Shown piece after piece: positions 8,990 through 17,490 of a stretch of DNA of 64,000 nt. Both the position numbers and the translations under genes were made by a program. Each line of letters opens with the position of its first letter. Positions within the stretch are counted from its first letter, which is position 1. Origin of the DNA: Acidobacteria bacterium RIFCSPLOWO2_12_FULL_66_21 (GTDB lineage: Bacteria; Acidobacteriota; Vicinamibacteria; Vicinamibacterales; 2-12-FULL-66-21); NCBI GenBank assembly GCA_001767455.1, contig MELC01000038.1, positions 48,743-112,742 on the forward strand, given 5' to 3'. The notes beneath the pieces were generated by a model that saw only the letters and a list, made by a program, of their open reading frames with translations, was not told the DNA's origin and did no database searches.

Positions 8990-9568
8990 ATGCTGCTGCT
9001 CTCGCGCTCGACCAGTCGGAAGATCGTCGCGACGGGGACCGCAGCGGTCGCCTTTGCGTTCCTCTACGAGGTGACGACTCTCGATTCCCGTTACGCGGCC
9101 CGCCAGGCGGAGCTCCGCCAGGAGACGGCCCAGCCCGCGCCCGGCACCCGCCTTCGGTTCATCGCGACCGCCTACTGCAAGGGGACGACGACGGCCTCCG
9201 GCGTCAACGTGCGGACCGGCATTGCCGCGGCGGATCCGGACCTGCTGCCCGTCGGCTCGGTCATCCAGGTGGACCGGCTCGGGGAACGCTACAACGGCAT
9301 TTACACGATCATGGACACCGGCCCAAAGGTTCAGGGGCGGCACATCGACATCTATATGTGGAGCTGCAACGAGGCGTTGGCCCTCGGGCGCCAGGGCGCC
9401 ACGATCACCGTCTTGCGACTCGGCTGGAATCCGCGCGCGAGTACGCCCCGGCTCGTCGACCGCCTGTTCCGCCAGCGCGAGGCGACGCGGCAGGCGCCGG
9501 CGCAGCCGGTGGCCGCCGATGGCGGCCCGACGCCGCCGGCAGTTGTCCCCGCGACCGTGCCGAAGTAG
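8990..9568 (+). CDS. 3D-domain protein (MltA/YuiC-like cell-wall-binding)
   Basis: Signal anchor followed by a 3D domain (FIATAYCKGTTTASG...YTIMDTGPKVQGRHIDIYMWSCNEALALGRQ). Confidence 0.75.
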   Translation: MLLLSRSTSRKIVATGTAAVAFAFLYEVTTLDSRYAARQAELRQETAQPAPGTRLRFIATAYCKGTTTASGVNVRTGIAAADPDLLPVGSVIQVDRLGERYNGIYTIMDTGPKVQGRHIDIYMWSCNEALALGRQGATITVLRLGWNPRASTPRLVDRLFRQREATRQAPAQPVAADGGPTPPAVVPATVPK

Positions 9569-9670
9569 CTGGCAGCAGGCAGCTGGCGGCAGGCAGCGGA
9601 TCACGCTGTCACGCTGATAGCTTGACGGCTCGACTCACTGCCTGCTGCGTGCTGCGTGCTGCCTGCCGTC
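9569..9670. repeat. Dispersed ~100-bp inverted-repeat element, copy A (GGCAG-rich arms around a GGATCACGCTGTCACGCTGA core)
   Basis: About 80% identical to the reverse complement of 45869-45967. Confidence 0.7.
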
Positions 9671-9677
9671 TCCCTCT

Positions 9678-11513
9678 CTATCCCACGTCCTGGTCCCTGT
9701 ACTGAAGCTGGTAGAGCTTGTAGTAGATCCCGCGCTGCGCGAGGAGGTCCTGGTGCCGTCCGGACTCGCGAAGCTGTCCTTTGTGCAGCACGAGGATCTT
9801 GTCCATGTCCTGGATCGTCGAGAGCCGGTGCGCGATGGCGATCGTCGTGCGACCGGCCATCAGCACATGCAGCGCGTCGCGAATCAACAGCTCCGTTTCG
9901 GTGTCGACGCTCGACGTCGCCTCGTCGAGCACCAGCACTCGAGGGTTGAACGCCAGCGCGCGCGCGAAGGACAGCAACTGCTTCTGACCGACTGACAGCG
10001 TGGCGCCGCGCTCGGCGACCGGACTCGCGTAGCCGAGCGGCAGCGCCTGGACGAAGCGATCCGCGTGCACGGCCTGGGCGGCGCGGCGCACCCTCTCATC
10101 ATCGATCGATCGTTCCCCGAGCCGGATGTTGTCGGCAATCGTGCCCGAGAACAGGTGCACGTCCTGCAGCACGAGGCTGAAGAGGCGCCGCACCTCTGCC
10201 AGCTCCATGTCGCGCACGTCCCGGCCGTCGATCAGGATGCGCCCCTCCGTCACGTCATAGAACCGCAGCAGCAGGTTGATGAGCGTCGACTTGCCGGCGC
10301 CGGTCGCGCCGACGATGCCGAGGCGCTCGCCGGGGCGGACCTCGAAGGACACGTCGCGCAGGACGTACTCTCCGGGGTTGTACGCGAAGGACACTTGCTC
10401 AAACGCGATGTGTCCTTCGCCGGCGTCCGGCCGGGCGCTCGGGGCGTGCGTCGCACGCAGCATCGGACGCTCTTGCGATCCGAGACCCGAGCCCCGAGCG
10501 CCGAGCCCCGACGTGATCTGCACCGGCGTGTCGAGCAGCTTGAAGATGCGTTCCGAGGAGGCCATGGCCGCCTGGAGCACGTTGAACTTTTCCGACATGT
10601 CGCTGATCGGCCGGAAGAACCGCTGCGAGTACAAGAGGAAGGCCACGAGCGATCCGATCGCGATCGTGCCCTGCAGCGTCCAGCCGCCGCCGTACCAGAT
10701 GATGAGCGCGGAGGCGAGCGCCCCGACCACCTCGACGAGGGGGTAGAACACGGCGTAGTAGAAGATCGAGTCGACGTTGGCGTCCCGGTGCGCGCGGTTG
10801 ATCCCGTCGAAGCGCTCGTAGGCGCGCCGCTCGCGGCGGAAGAGCTGCACCGTCGGCATCCCGGTGATGTGCTCCTGCAGGAACGCGTTGATCCGCGCAA
10901 TCCAGGTCCGGACGGTCCGGTAGGACTCGCGGACGTTCCGGCGGAACCACTGGGTCACGATCACGATGAGCGGCAGCACGGAGAAGGCCACCAGCGCGAG
11001 GCGCCAGTCCATCGTGATGAGGACGATCATGATGCCGAGCAGGGTGAACACGTCCCCGAAGATCGACACGACCCCCGAGGTGAACATGTCGTTCAGCACG
11101 TCGACGTCGGTCGTCACCCGCGTCATCAGCCGTCCGACGGGGTTGCGATCGTAGAACTGGAGATCGAGCCGCTGGAGGTGCCCGTACACCTGCATGCGCA
11201 GGTCGAACATGATCCGCTGCCCGGTCATCTGCAGCGTCCAGGTCTGGATGTAGTCCAATGCGAAGGCCGCGAACAGGATGGCGACAAAGGCCATGGCGAT
11301 GCGATTGAGCCCGTGGAGGTCTCCGGTCGCGATGTACCGGTCGATCGCCAGCTTCATCAGGTACGGCTGTGACAGCTGCAGAACCGATGCGGAGATGATC
11401 GCGGCCAGCGCCAGCGCGACGTGGCGCGTGTACGGCCGTAGATACGTCAGCAGCCGCCGCATCAGGCGCGCGTCGTACGCCTTGCCGAGGATTTCTTCGT
11501 CGTGGATGGACAT
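9678..11513 (-). CDS. ABC transporter ATP-binding/permease protein (type I exporter, MsbA-like), heterodimer partner
   Basis: Six-TM exporter domain plus NBD with Walker A and the signature LSVGQKQLLSFARAL. Confidence 0.9.
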   Translation of the reverse strand: MSIHDEEILGKAYDARLMRRLLTYLRPYTRHVALALAAIISASVLQLSQPYLMKLAIDRYIATGDLHGLNRIAMAFVAILFAAFALDYIQTWTLQMTGQRIMFDLRMQVYGHLQRLDLQFYDRNPVGRLMTRVTTDVDVLNDMFTSGVVSIFGDVFTLLGIMIVLITMDWRLALVAFSVLPLIVIVTQWFRRNVRESYRTVRTWIARINAFLQEHITGMPTVQLFRRERRAYERFDGINRAHRDANVDSIFYYAVFYPLVEVVGALASALIIWYGGGWTLQGTIAIGSLVAFLLYSQRFFRPISDMSEKFNVLQAAMASSERIFKLLDTPVQITSGLGARGSGLGSQERPMLRATHAPSARPDAGEGHIAFEQVSFAYNPGEYVLRDVSFEVRPGERLGIVGATGAGKSTLINLLLRFYDVTEGRILIDGRDVRDMELAEVRRLFSLVLQDVHLFSGTIADNIRLGERSIDDERVRRAAQAVHADRFVQALPLGYASPVAERGATLSVGQKQLLSFARALAFNPRVLVLDEATSSVDTETELLIRDALHVLMAGRTTIAIAHRLSTIQDMDKILVLHKGQLRESGRHQDLLAQRGIYYKLYQLQYRDQDVG

Positions 11514-11522
11514 GCGGCGGCG

Positions 11523-13277
11523 TCAGCTCGCGGCGAGCTCTTCCTCCAGCAGTTGCTTGCGGTAGAGCGCCGCGTAGAGGCCGCCGTGCGCCACCAGGTC
11601 GTCGTGCCGGCCACGCTCGACGATCCGCCCCTTGTCGAGCACGCAGATCAGATCCGCTTCGCGCACGGTCGACACGCGGTGCGCGACGATGATCGCGGTG
11701 CGCTGGCGCATCACCGCGCGCAGCCGCGCCAGGATCTCTTCTTCCGTGTAGGTGTCGACCGCCGACAGCGCATCGTCCAGAATCAGGACGCGAGGGTCCA
11801 TCATGATCGCCCGCGCGAGCGCCGTGCGCTGCTTCTGACCGCCGGACAGCGTGATGCCGCGTTCCCCCACGACCGTGTCGTAGGCGGCGGGGAACGCCTC
11901 GACGTCCTTGTCGAGCCTCGCGACGGCCGCGGCCGCCCGCATGCGATTCTCGGGCGCCTCGTCGTGCACGCCGAACCCGATGTTGGCCGCAATCGTGTCG
12001 GAGAAGAGAAACGGCTCCTGCGGGACGAAGCCGATGGCGCCGCGCAGCGCGGCGAGCGGAATCTCGCGCACGTCAATGCCGTCGAGGAGGACCGTGCCCG
12101 GCGGCGGCTCGTGCAGGCGCGGCAGCAGGCTGATGAGCGTCGATTTGCCGGATCCGGTCGCCCCGACGAGCGCCACCGTCTGTCCCGCGGAAACGGTCAA
12201 CGACACGTCGGCGAGGACCGGCGCGCCCGAGCCGGGATAGGCGAAGGTCAGGTGGCGCAGCTCGATCGCGCCCAGGAGCGGCGCGGCGCGGCCGGCCTCG
12301 GTGACGTGGTCGTCCGTGATCGCAGGGACCGCGTCGATGACCTCCAGCATCCGCTTCCACGACGCCATGCCACGCTGCAGGATGTTCGTGACCCAGCCGA
12401 ACGCGATCATCGGCCAGCTCAGCATCACCAGGTAGCCGTTGAACGCGACGAACTCGCCGAGCGTGATGCGGCCGCGAATCACCTCGCGGCTGCCGAGCCA
12501 CAGCACCAGCACCGCGCCGAACCCCAGGAACAGCGTCAGGCTCGGATAGAACAGCCCCTGCAGGCGGATGAGGACGCGGTTGCGCCGCACGTACTCGGCG
12601 TTGGCCGCCTTGAAGCGCGCGATCTCGTGCGGTTCCTGGTTGTACGCGCGCACCACGCGGACGCCGGCGAGCGCCTCCTGCACGACCGCGCTCAGGTCCG
12701 AGAGCTGCGCCTGAATCGACTCGAAACGCTTGTGGATGGCGCTGCCGAAGTACTTGACGCTGATCGACACGAGCGGCAGCGGCAGGAGCGCGATCAGCGT
12801 CAGCCGGGTGTCGATCGACAGCATGATCCCGATGGCGACAACGAACATCAGGATCGTGTTCGTCGAGTACATGACCGCCGGGCCGATCATCATGCGCACC
12901 GCGTTCAGGTCGTTGGTCGCGCGGGACATCAGGTCCCCCGTGCGGCGCGCCTGATAGTAGCCGAGCGGCATCTGCTGCAGCCGCGCGAAGAACGCGTTGC
13001 GGACGTCGTACTCGATGTCGCGCGAGGCGCCGATCAGGATCCGGCGCATGAGGAAGCGGAACACCGCGCCGACCGACGCGACGCCGACGAGCAGCGCCGC
13101 ATACAGCGCGAGCTTCTGCCGGGTCGCGCCGCGTGTGATGTCGTCGATCGCGTACTTGAGCACCCACGGCGAGACGAGCTGGATCGCCGTCGTGATCACC
13201 ACGCAGGTGAGGCCGATCGCGAAGCGGCGGCGGTAGCGAAGGACGTACGGAAGCAGGCGGCGGAACGCGGGGCCCAT
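11523..13277 (-). CDS. ABC transporter ATP-binding/permease protein (type I exporter), heterodimer partner
   Basis: TMD plus NBD (GATGSGKSTL, LSGGQKQRTALARAI). Lies 10 nt upstream of its partner gene. Confidence 0.9.
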   Translation of the reverse strand: MGPAFRRLLPYVLRYRRRFAIGLTCVVITTAIQLVSPWVLKYAIDDITRGATRQKLALYAALLVGVASVGAVFRFLMRRILIGASRDIEYDVRNAFFARLQQMPLGYYQARRTGDLMSRATNDLNAVRMMIGPAVMYSTNTILMFVVAIGIMLSIDTRLTLIALLPLPLVSISVKYFGSAIHKRFESIQAQLSDLSAVVQEALAGVRVVRAYNQEPHEIARFKAANAEYVRRNRVLIRLQGLFYPSLTLFLGFGAVLVLWLGSREVIRGRITLGEFVAFNGYLVMLSWPMIAFGWVTNILQRGMASWKRMLEVIDAVPAITDDHVTEAGRAAPLLGAIELRHLTFAYPGSGAPVLADVSLTVSAGQTVALVGATGSGKSTLISLLPRLHEPPPGTVLLDGIDVREIPLAALRGAIGFVPQEPFLFSDTIAANIGFGVHDEAPENRMRAAAAVARLDKDVEAFPAAYDTVVGERGITLSGGQKQRTALARAIMMDPRVLILDDALSAVDTYTEEEILARLRAVMRQRTAIIVAHRVSTVREADLICVLDKGRIVERGRHDDLVAHGGLYAALYRKQLLEEELAAS

Positions 13278-13320
13278 CTCTCTGAGTATATGAGAGCGGC
13301 CGGAAAAATCCTGCCGCGTG

Positions 13321-13436
13321 TAGCGTCCAGTTCCCGGTTCCCGGTTCCCAGCTGCCAGCTTCCAGCGGAGGTGCTGGAAGCTGGAAGCTGGAAGCTGGAA
13401 ACTGGAAGCTGCGAGCTGCGAGCTGCGAGCTGCGAA
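13321..13436. repeat. Heptamer-repeat hairpin array (TTCCCRG/CCAGCTT inverted blocks, then CTGCGAG x4)
   Basis: cagttcccggttcccggttcccagctgccagcttccagc ggaggt gctggaagctggaagctggaagctggaaactggaag(ctgcgag)x4. Lies between the TonB-receptor stop and the ABC exporter start. Confidence 0.85.
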
Positions 13437-16352
13437 TTAGAACCCGAACCGCACGCCGACCTGCGCCGTCGTCGGCGCCGCCCCGTCGCGAAGCGCTGAC
13501 AGCACCAGGAAGGTTGCCGCCGACGCCTGGTTGCTGCCGGGGTTCGCGAAGTTCGCGCGATTCGTCAGGTTGAACACGTCGGCCGAGACGTCGAGGGTCC
13601 GGTGGTCCGCCAGGTTGAACCGGTATCCGAACCGGGCGTCGAGCTGGAAGAAGCCCGGCCCGCGCGCGCCGTTGCGCCGCCCGTTGTACCCCTCGACCGT
13701 GTAGTTGTCGGTCGCTCCCGCGCCCTTGTACGTCCCCGAGGAGATCGGGTCGAACAACGTCCCGTTGCGATCGACGTCGGCATCGTTGTTCAGGAGCGTG
13801 AACGGCAGGCCGCTGAGCGCCCGCGCGACCCAGCTGAAGGTCATCCCGTGCGTGCCGGGCACGAGCGCCCGGCCGCTCACGACCAGGTTGTGACGCCGGT
13901 CGAAGTCGGTCGGCCCTTCGTTGATGCCCAGGTTCAGATCCTGCCCGACCTGGAAGTTGCTCGCGGGGAAGCCGCTGCCGCTCGTGTTGCCCCGCGCGTA
14001 CGACAGCGTGTAGGACACGCGCATGCTCAGGTCGTGCGAGAAGCGCTTCTCCACCTGGGCGAGCAGCGCGTCGTAGTCGGTCTTGCCGGCGTTCACGGGC
14101 GTGTTCACGGCCTGGACGAAGTTCGGATCCGGCCGGACGACCGGGGCGGTCGGCGAGGTCGTCGCGCGGCTGCCCTTGTTCAGGTCCTGCGTCATCAGCA
14201 GGTCGCGCCCGAAGACGTGCACGTAGTCAGCACTCGCCGAGATGGACGCGCCGAGCTGATGCTCGTACCCGAGCGAGATCTGATCGGAGTGCGGGACGAT
14301 GCGATCCGGGTTGTCGAGCGTGACGTTGCCGACGTTCTTGATCTTCGATCCCGCTGGATACAGCTGCGCCAGCCGGTCGCGGTTGACCGTCGGGCCGTTC
14401 ACGAGAAACTCGTTGGTCGGGAACGCGCCGGTGCGCGGCCCCGGATCGGCCGCCGATGTCGGGAACGTCGCCGTGAACGATTCGGAGAACACGCCGCTGT
14501 TGAAGATGCCGCCGATCAGTTCGAAGTGCGTCTTCTCGTAGAAGCGCCCGAAGCCCGCGCGCGCGACGGACCGGCCCCCCGGATCGAGCGCCCAGGTCAG
14601 GCCGACGCGCGGCTGGATGTTGTTCTTGTCGACCGGATACTTGTTCTGGTCGGGGAAGCGCGGGTTGTCGCGCTCCACGATCGGGATGATTTCGAGGTCG
14701 TAGCGCAGGCCGAGGCTGGCCGTGAGCCGGTCGTTCAGCTTCCACTTGTCCTGCACGAAGCTCGAGACGTAGTGCCCCTTCTCGACGACGTGGCCCTGGC
14801 CCGGCACCCGAATCGAGAAGCGATCCGGGTAGGTTCTCGGATCGGCGGCGTTGAAGGCGACATCGCTCCGCCCGAACGAGAACGTGCCGTTCAGGTTGTC
14901 CTGCGCCGTGTTGTCCGCATTCACGTATTGGTACTGCACGCCCGCCTTGATGTCGTGGTCCCCACGCTTCCCCGGGACGAACCAGGAGAACGTGTCCTCG
15001 AGCTGGTACGCGTTGTCGACGCGCGCCTGCGCGACCGTCGACTGCTGATCGGTGAACGTCTGGAACGCGAGCGTCGGCGCGCACGCCGCCTGGTCGCGCC
15101 CGTTGCCGTTGAAGCACGGGTTGGCGAACGAGACGTCCTCCTGGGTCCAGACCAGCCGCATCGAGTTCAGCTTCGTGTTGCCGAACACCGACTGAAGGCT
15201 CACCTGCGCCGTCTGGTCCTTGTCGTTTTCCTCGCGGATGGCCCTCGGCGTCACCTGTCCGATCGCCTGGTTCTTCTGCGGCGACAGTTCGCGCAGGTAC
15301 CGGACGCCCCACGTGTGGTGCGCCGAGAGCTGCTGATCGACGCGCACCAGCGTGTTCCACACGCGGTCCTGCGTGGTGGGGCTCCAGTTCAGATCCGGCC
15401 GGCTCGGGAACACCTTGGCGGACCCGCGGTCGATCATGACCCGCTCGACGCTGCCGAAGAAATGCATCCGGTCCTTGATGATGGGCCCGCCCAGCGTGCC
15501 GCCGAACTCGCGCCGCTTCGTGTCGGGCTTCGACAGGTTCTTCTCTTTCGCGAAATAGTCCTTCGCCGTCAGGCTCGCGTCCTGCCCGAACACGAAGCCG
15601 CTGCCGCGGAACTGGTTCGTGCCCGACTTGGTGACCGCGTTGATGATCGCGCCGGTCGTGCGGCCGAATTCCGCGTCGAACTGGTTCGTGATGACCTGGA
15701 ACTCCTGCACCGACTCGATCGCCGTCCGCGCCTGCGTCCCCGCGCGCTGCCCGATCACGTCGTCGTTGTTGTTGCCGCCGTCGAGCAGGTAGTTGTTGTT
15801 GCGCGGATCGGACCCGTTCACGCTGATCGAATCGGAGCCGAACGATTCGGTGCTGATGCTCGGCACGATGCCCGGCAGCAGGCCGATGAACCCGATGAAG
15901 TTGCGGTTGATCGAGGGCAAATCGACGAGCTCCTTGCCGGTGATGTTGCCGCCGACCTCCTTCGACGTGACGTCCACGAGCGTCGCGTCGGCGGACACGT
16001 TGACCGTCTCCTCGAGCGAGCCGACCTCCAGGCCGACGTCGATCGTCGACGTCTTCCCGATTTCGAGCCGGATGTCCTTGCGTGTGTACTTCTTGAAACC
16101 CTGAAGCCCCGCGGTGATCTCGTAGGTGCCGGGCACCAGGCCGCTGACGAAGTACGTGCCGTCGGCCGTGCTCACGGTCTCGCGGAACATGCCGGAGTCC
16201 TGGTTCCTGACCGTCACGGTCACCCCCGGGAGTACGCCTCCCTGAGCGTCGACCACGCGGCCGCGCACCTCCGTGACCCCTTGCTGCGCGGTGGCGGTTC
16301 CCCCCGCCAGCAGCACCACGATGACCCAGCTCAGTACACGATGTTGCATCAC
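13437..16352 (-). CDS. TonB-dependent outer membrane receptor (Oar-like) with N-terminal carboxypeptidase-regulatory-like domain
   Basis: Signal peptide, then a CarboxypepD_reg-like domain (GRVVDAQGGVLPGVTVTVRNQDSGMFRETVSTADGTYFVSGLVPGTYEI), a long beta-barrel and a C-terminal aromatic end (...VGVRFGF). Confidence 0.8.
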   Translation of the reverse strand: MMQHRVLSWVIVVLLAGGTATAQQGVTEVRGRVVDAQGGVLPGVTVTVRNQDSGMFRETVSTADGTYFVSGLVPGTYEITAGLQGFKKYTRKDIRLEIGKTSTIDVGLEVGSLEETVNVSADATLVDVTSKEVGGNITGKELVDLPSINRNFIGFIGLLPGIVPSISTESFGSDSISVNGSDPRNNNYLLDGGNNNDDVIGQRAGTQARTAIESVQEFQVITNQFDAEFGRTTGAIINAVTKSGTNQFRGSGFVFGQDASLTAKDYFAKEKNLSKPDTKRREFGGTLGGPIIKDRMHFFGSVERVMIDRGSAKVFPSRPDLNWSPTTQDRVWNTLVRVDQQLSAHHTWGVRYLRELSPQKNQAIGQVTPRAIREENDKDQTAQVSLQSVFGNTKLNSMRLVWTQEDVSFANPCFNGNGRDQAACAPTLAFQTFTDQQSTVAQARVDNAYQLEDTFSWFVPGKRGDHDIKAGVQYQYVNADNTAQDNLNGTFSFGRSDVAFNAADPRTYPDRFSIRVPGQGHVVEKGHYVSSFVQDKWKLNDRLTASLGLRYDLEIIPIVERDNPRFPDQNKYPVDKNNIQPRVGLTWALDPGGRSVARAGFGRFYEKTHFELIGGIFNSGVFSESFTATFPTSAADPGPRTGAFPTNEFLVNGPTVNRDRLAQLYPAGSKIKNVGNVTLDNPDRIVPHSDQISLGYEHQLGASISASADYVHVFGRDLLMTQDLNKGSRATTSPTAPVVRPDPNFVQAVNTPVNAGKTDYDALLAQVEKRFSHDLSMRVSYTLSYARGNTSGSGFPASNFQVGQDLNLGINEGPTDFDRRHNLVVSGRALVPGTHGMTFSWVARALSGLPFTLLNNDADVDRNGTLFDPISSGTYKGAGATDNYTVEGYNGRRNGARGPGFFQLDARFGYRFNLADHRTLDVSADVFNLTNRANFANPGSNQASAATFLVLSALRDGAAPTTAQVGVRFGF

Positions 16353-16625
16353 ACTTCCTCCTTCGTGCTTCCAACACTTACAACGGCACTACCAGCGTGG
16401 TAACCGCGGGCGCGCCAGTTCAGGGCCGGAGTCAGTTTGGCGACGATGGCGGATTCAGGAAACTGGAGTCCTGTACCGCATCTTTGGATCGACCCGGCTC
16501 ATGAGCTTAGGATTTGCGCCCGAGACCACGACATTGCGTCGTTCACGTCCCGTGTTGGGCGGTTTTCAGCAAGGGGAATGCCGTGCGGCCGTGTGCTATT
16601 CTCGATCATCCTTGGAACCGAAAAG

Positions 16626-17444
16626 ATGACTATGCGAATTCCTGTCATATCCGCGTGCTGTCTGGCTGCGTGTCTCTCTGCGCTCCCCGCGAGCGCCCAA
16701 TACGCCGTCAGAGGAGCGTCGAACCGGGCGACCGGCGAGACCTATCACCTCGAAGTTGCCGGAACGTTGTGGAACCCGAAGCCCGACCTCGCCATCACCA
16801 GCGAAGCGCTGGGGATCATTGGAAGCCGCATCGACCTCGTCGAGGACCTCGGCATCGAGCAGAGCCGATTCAAGCAAATCAAGGTCGTCCTGCGGCCGGC
16901 CAAGAAGCAGAAGCTGCGTTTCGAGTACACGCCGATCGGCTACGACGCCACCGCAACGCTGCGCCGCGACATCATCTTCAACGGCATCAAGTATCCCGTC
17001 TCGGTGCCGGTCCAGACCTCGCTGACGTGGAAGGCGTACCGCTTCGCGTACGAGTGGGACATGGTGTACCGCGACCGCGGCTTCTTCGGCTTGATTCTCG
17101 AGGCCAAGTACACGGATATCCAGGCGACGCTGGTGAATGCCATCGACACCCAGTTCGCCCGCGCGCGGGCGCCGATTCCCTCGATCGGCGGCATCGCTCG
17201 CGTGTACGTCGCGCCGAACATCTCGATCACCGGTGAAGTGAGCGGCATCAAGCTGCCCGAAAGCATCGACGAGAACTATCGCGCGAAGTACGTGGACTTC
17301 GATCTGTATGGGACCGTCAACTTCACCGATCACGCCGGAGCGCAGATCGGTTACCGCTCGTTCGACGTGCTCTACAAGGTTGACAAGGATGAAGGGGAAC
17401 TGCAGCTCAAGGGCATCTACTTCGGCGGCGTCATCAGGTACTAA
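16626..17444 (+). CDS. Hypothetical outer-membrane beta-barrel protein
   Basis: Signal peptide MTMRIPVISACCLAACLSALPASAQ, alternating beta-strand pattern, C-terminal ...GGVIRY. The true start is M64 of track ORF 16437-17444. Confidence 0.55.
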   Translation: MTMRIPVISACCLAACLSALPASAQYAVRGASNRATGETYHLEVAGTLWNPKPDLAITSEALGIIGSRIDLVEDLGIEQSRFKQIKVVLRPAKKQKLRFEYTPIGYDATATLRRDIIFNGIKYPVSVPVQTSLTWKAYRFAYEWDMVYRDRGFFGLILEAKYTDIQATLVNAIDTQFARARAPIPSIGGIARVYVAPNISITGEVSGIKLPESIDENYRAKYVDFDLYGTVNFTDHAGAQIGYRSFDVLYKVDKDEGELQLKGIYFGGVIRY

Positions 17445-17448
17445 ACGC

Positions 17449-17477
17449 CAAACTTCAAACTTTGAGTTTGAAGTTTG
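17449..17477. terminator. Perfect 13-bp palindromic hairpin (CAAACTTCAAACT ttg AGTTTGAAGTTTG) between convergent genes
   Basis: Exact inverted repeat, likely a bidirectional terminator. Built from the CAAACTT heptamer motif. Confidence 0.65.
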
Positions 17478-17490
17478 CGTTTGGGAGTTA

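Noticed and set aside
13602-16403. 933-aa plus-strand ORF antisense to the TonB-dependent receptor
   Set aside because: Low-complexity Arg/Val/Ala-rich translation. The minus-strand gene has clear signal peptide, domain and barrel features.
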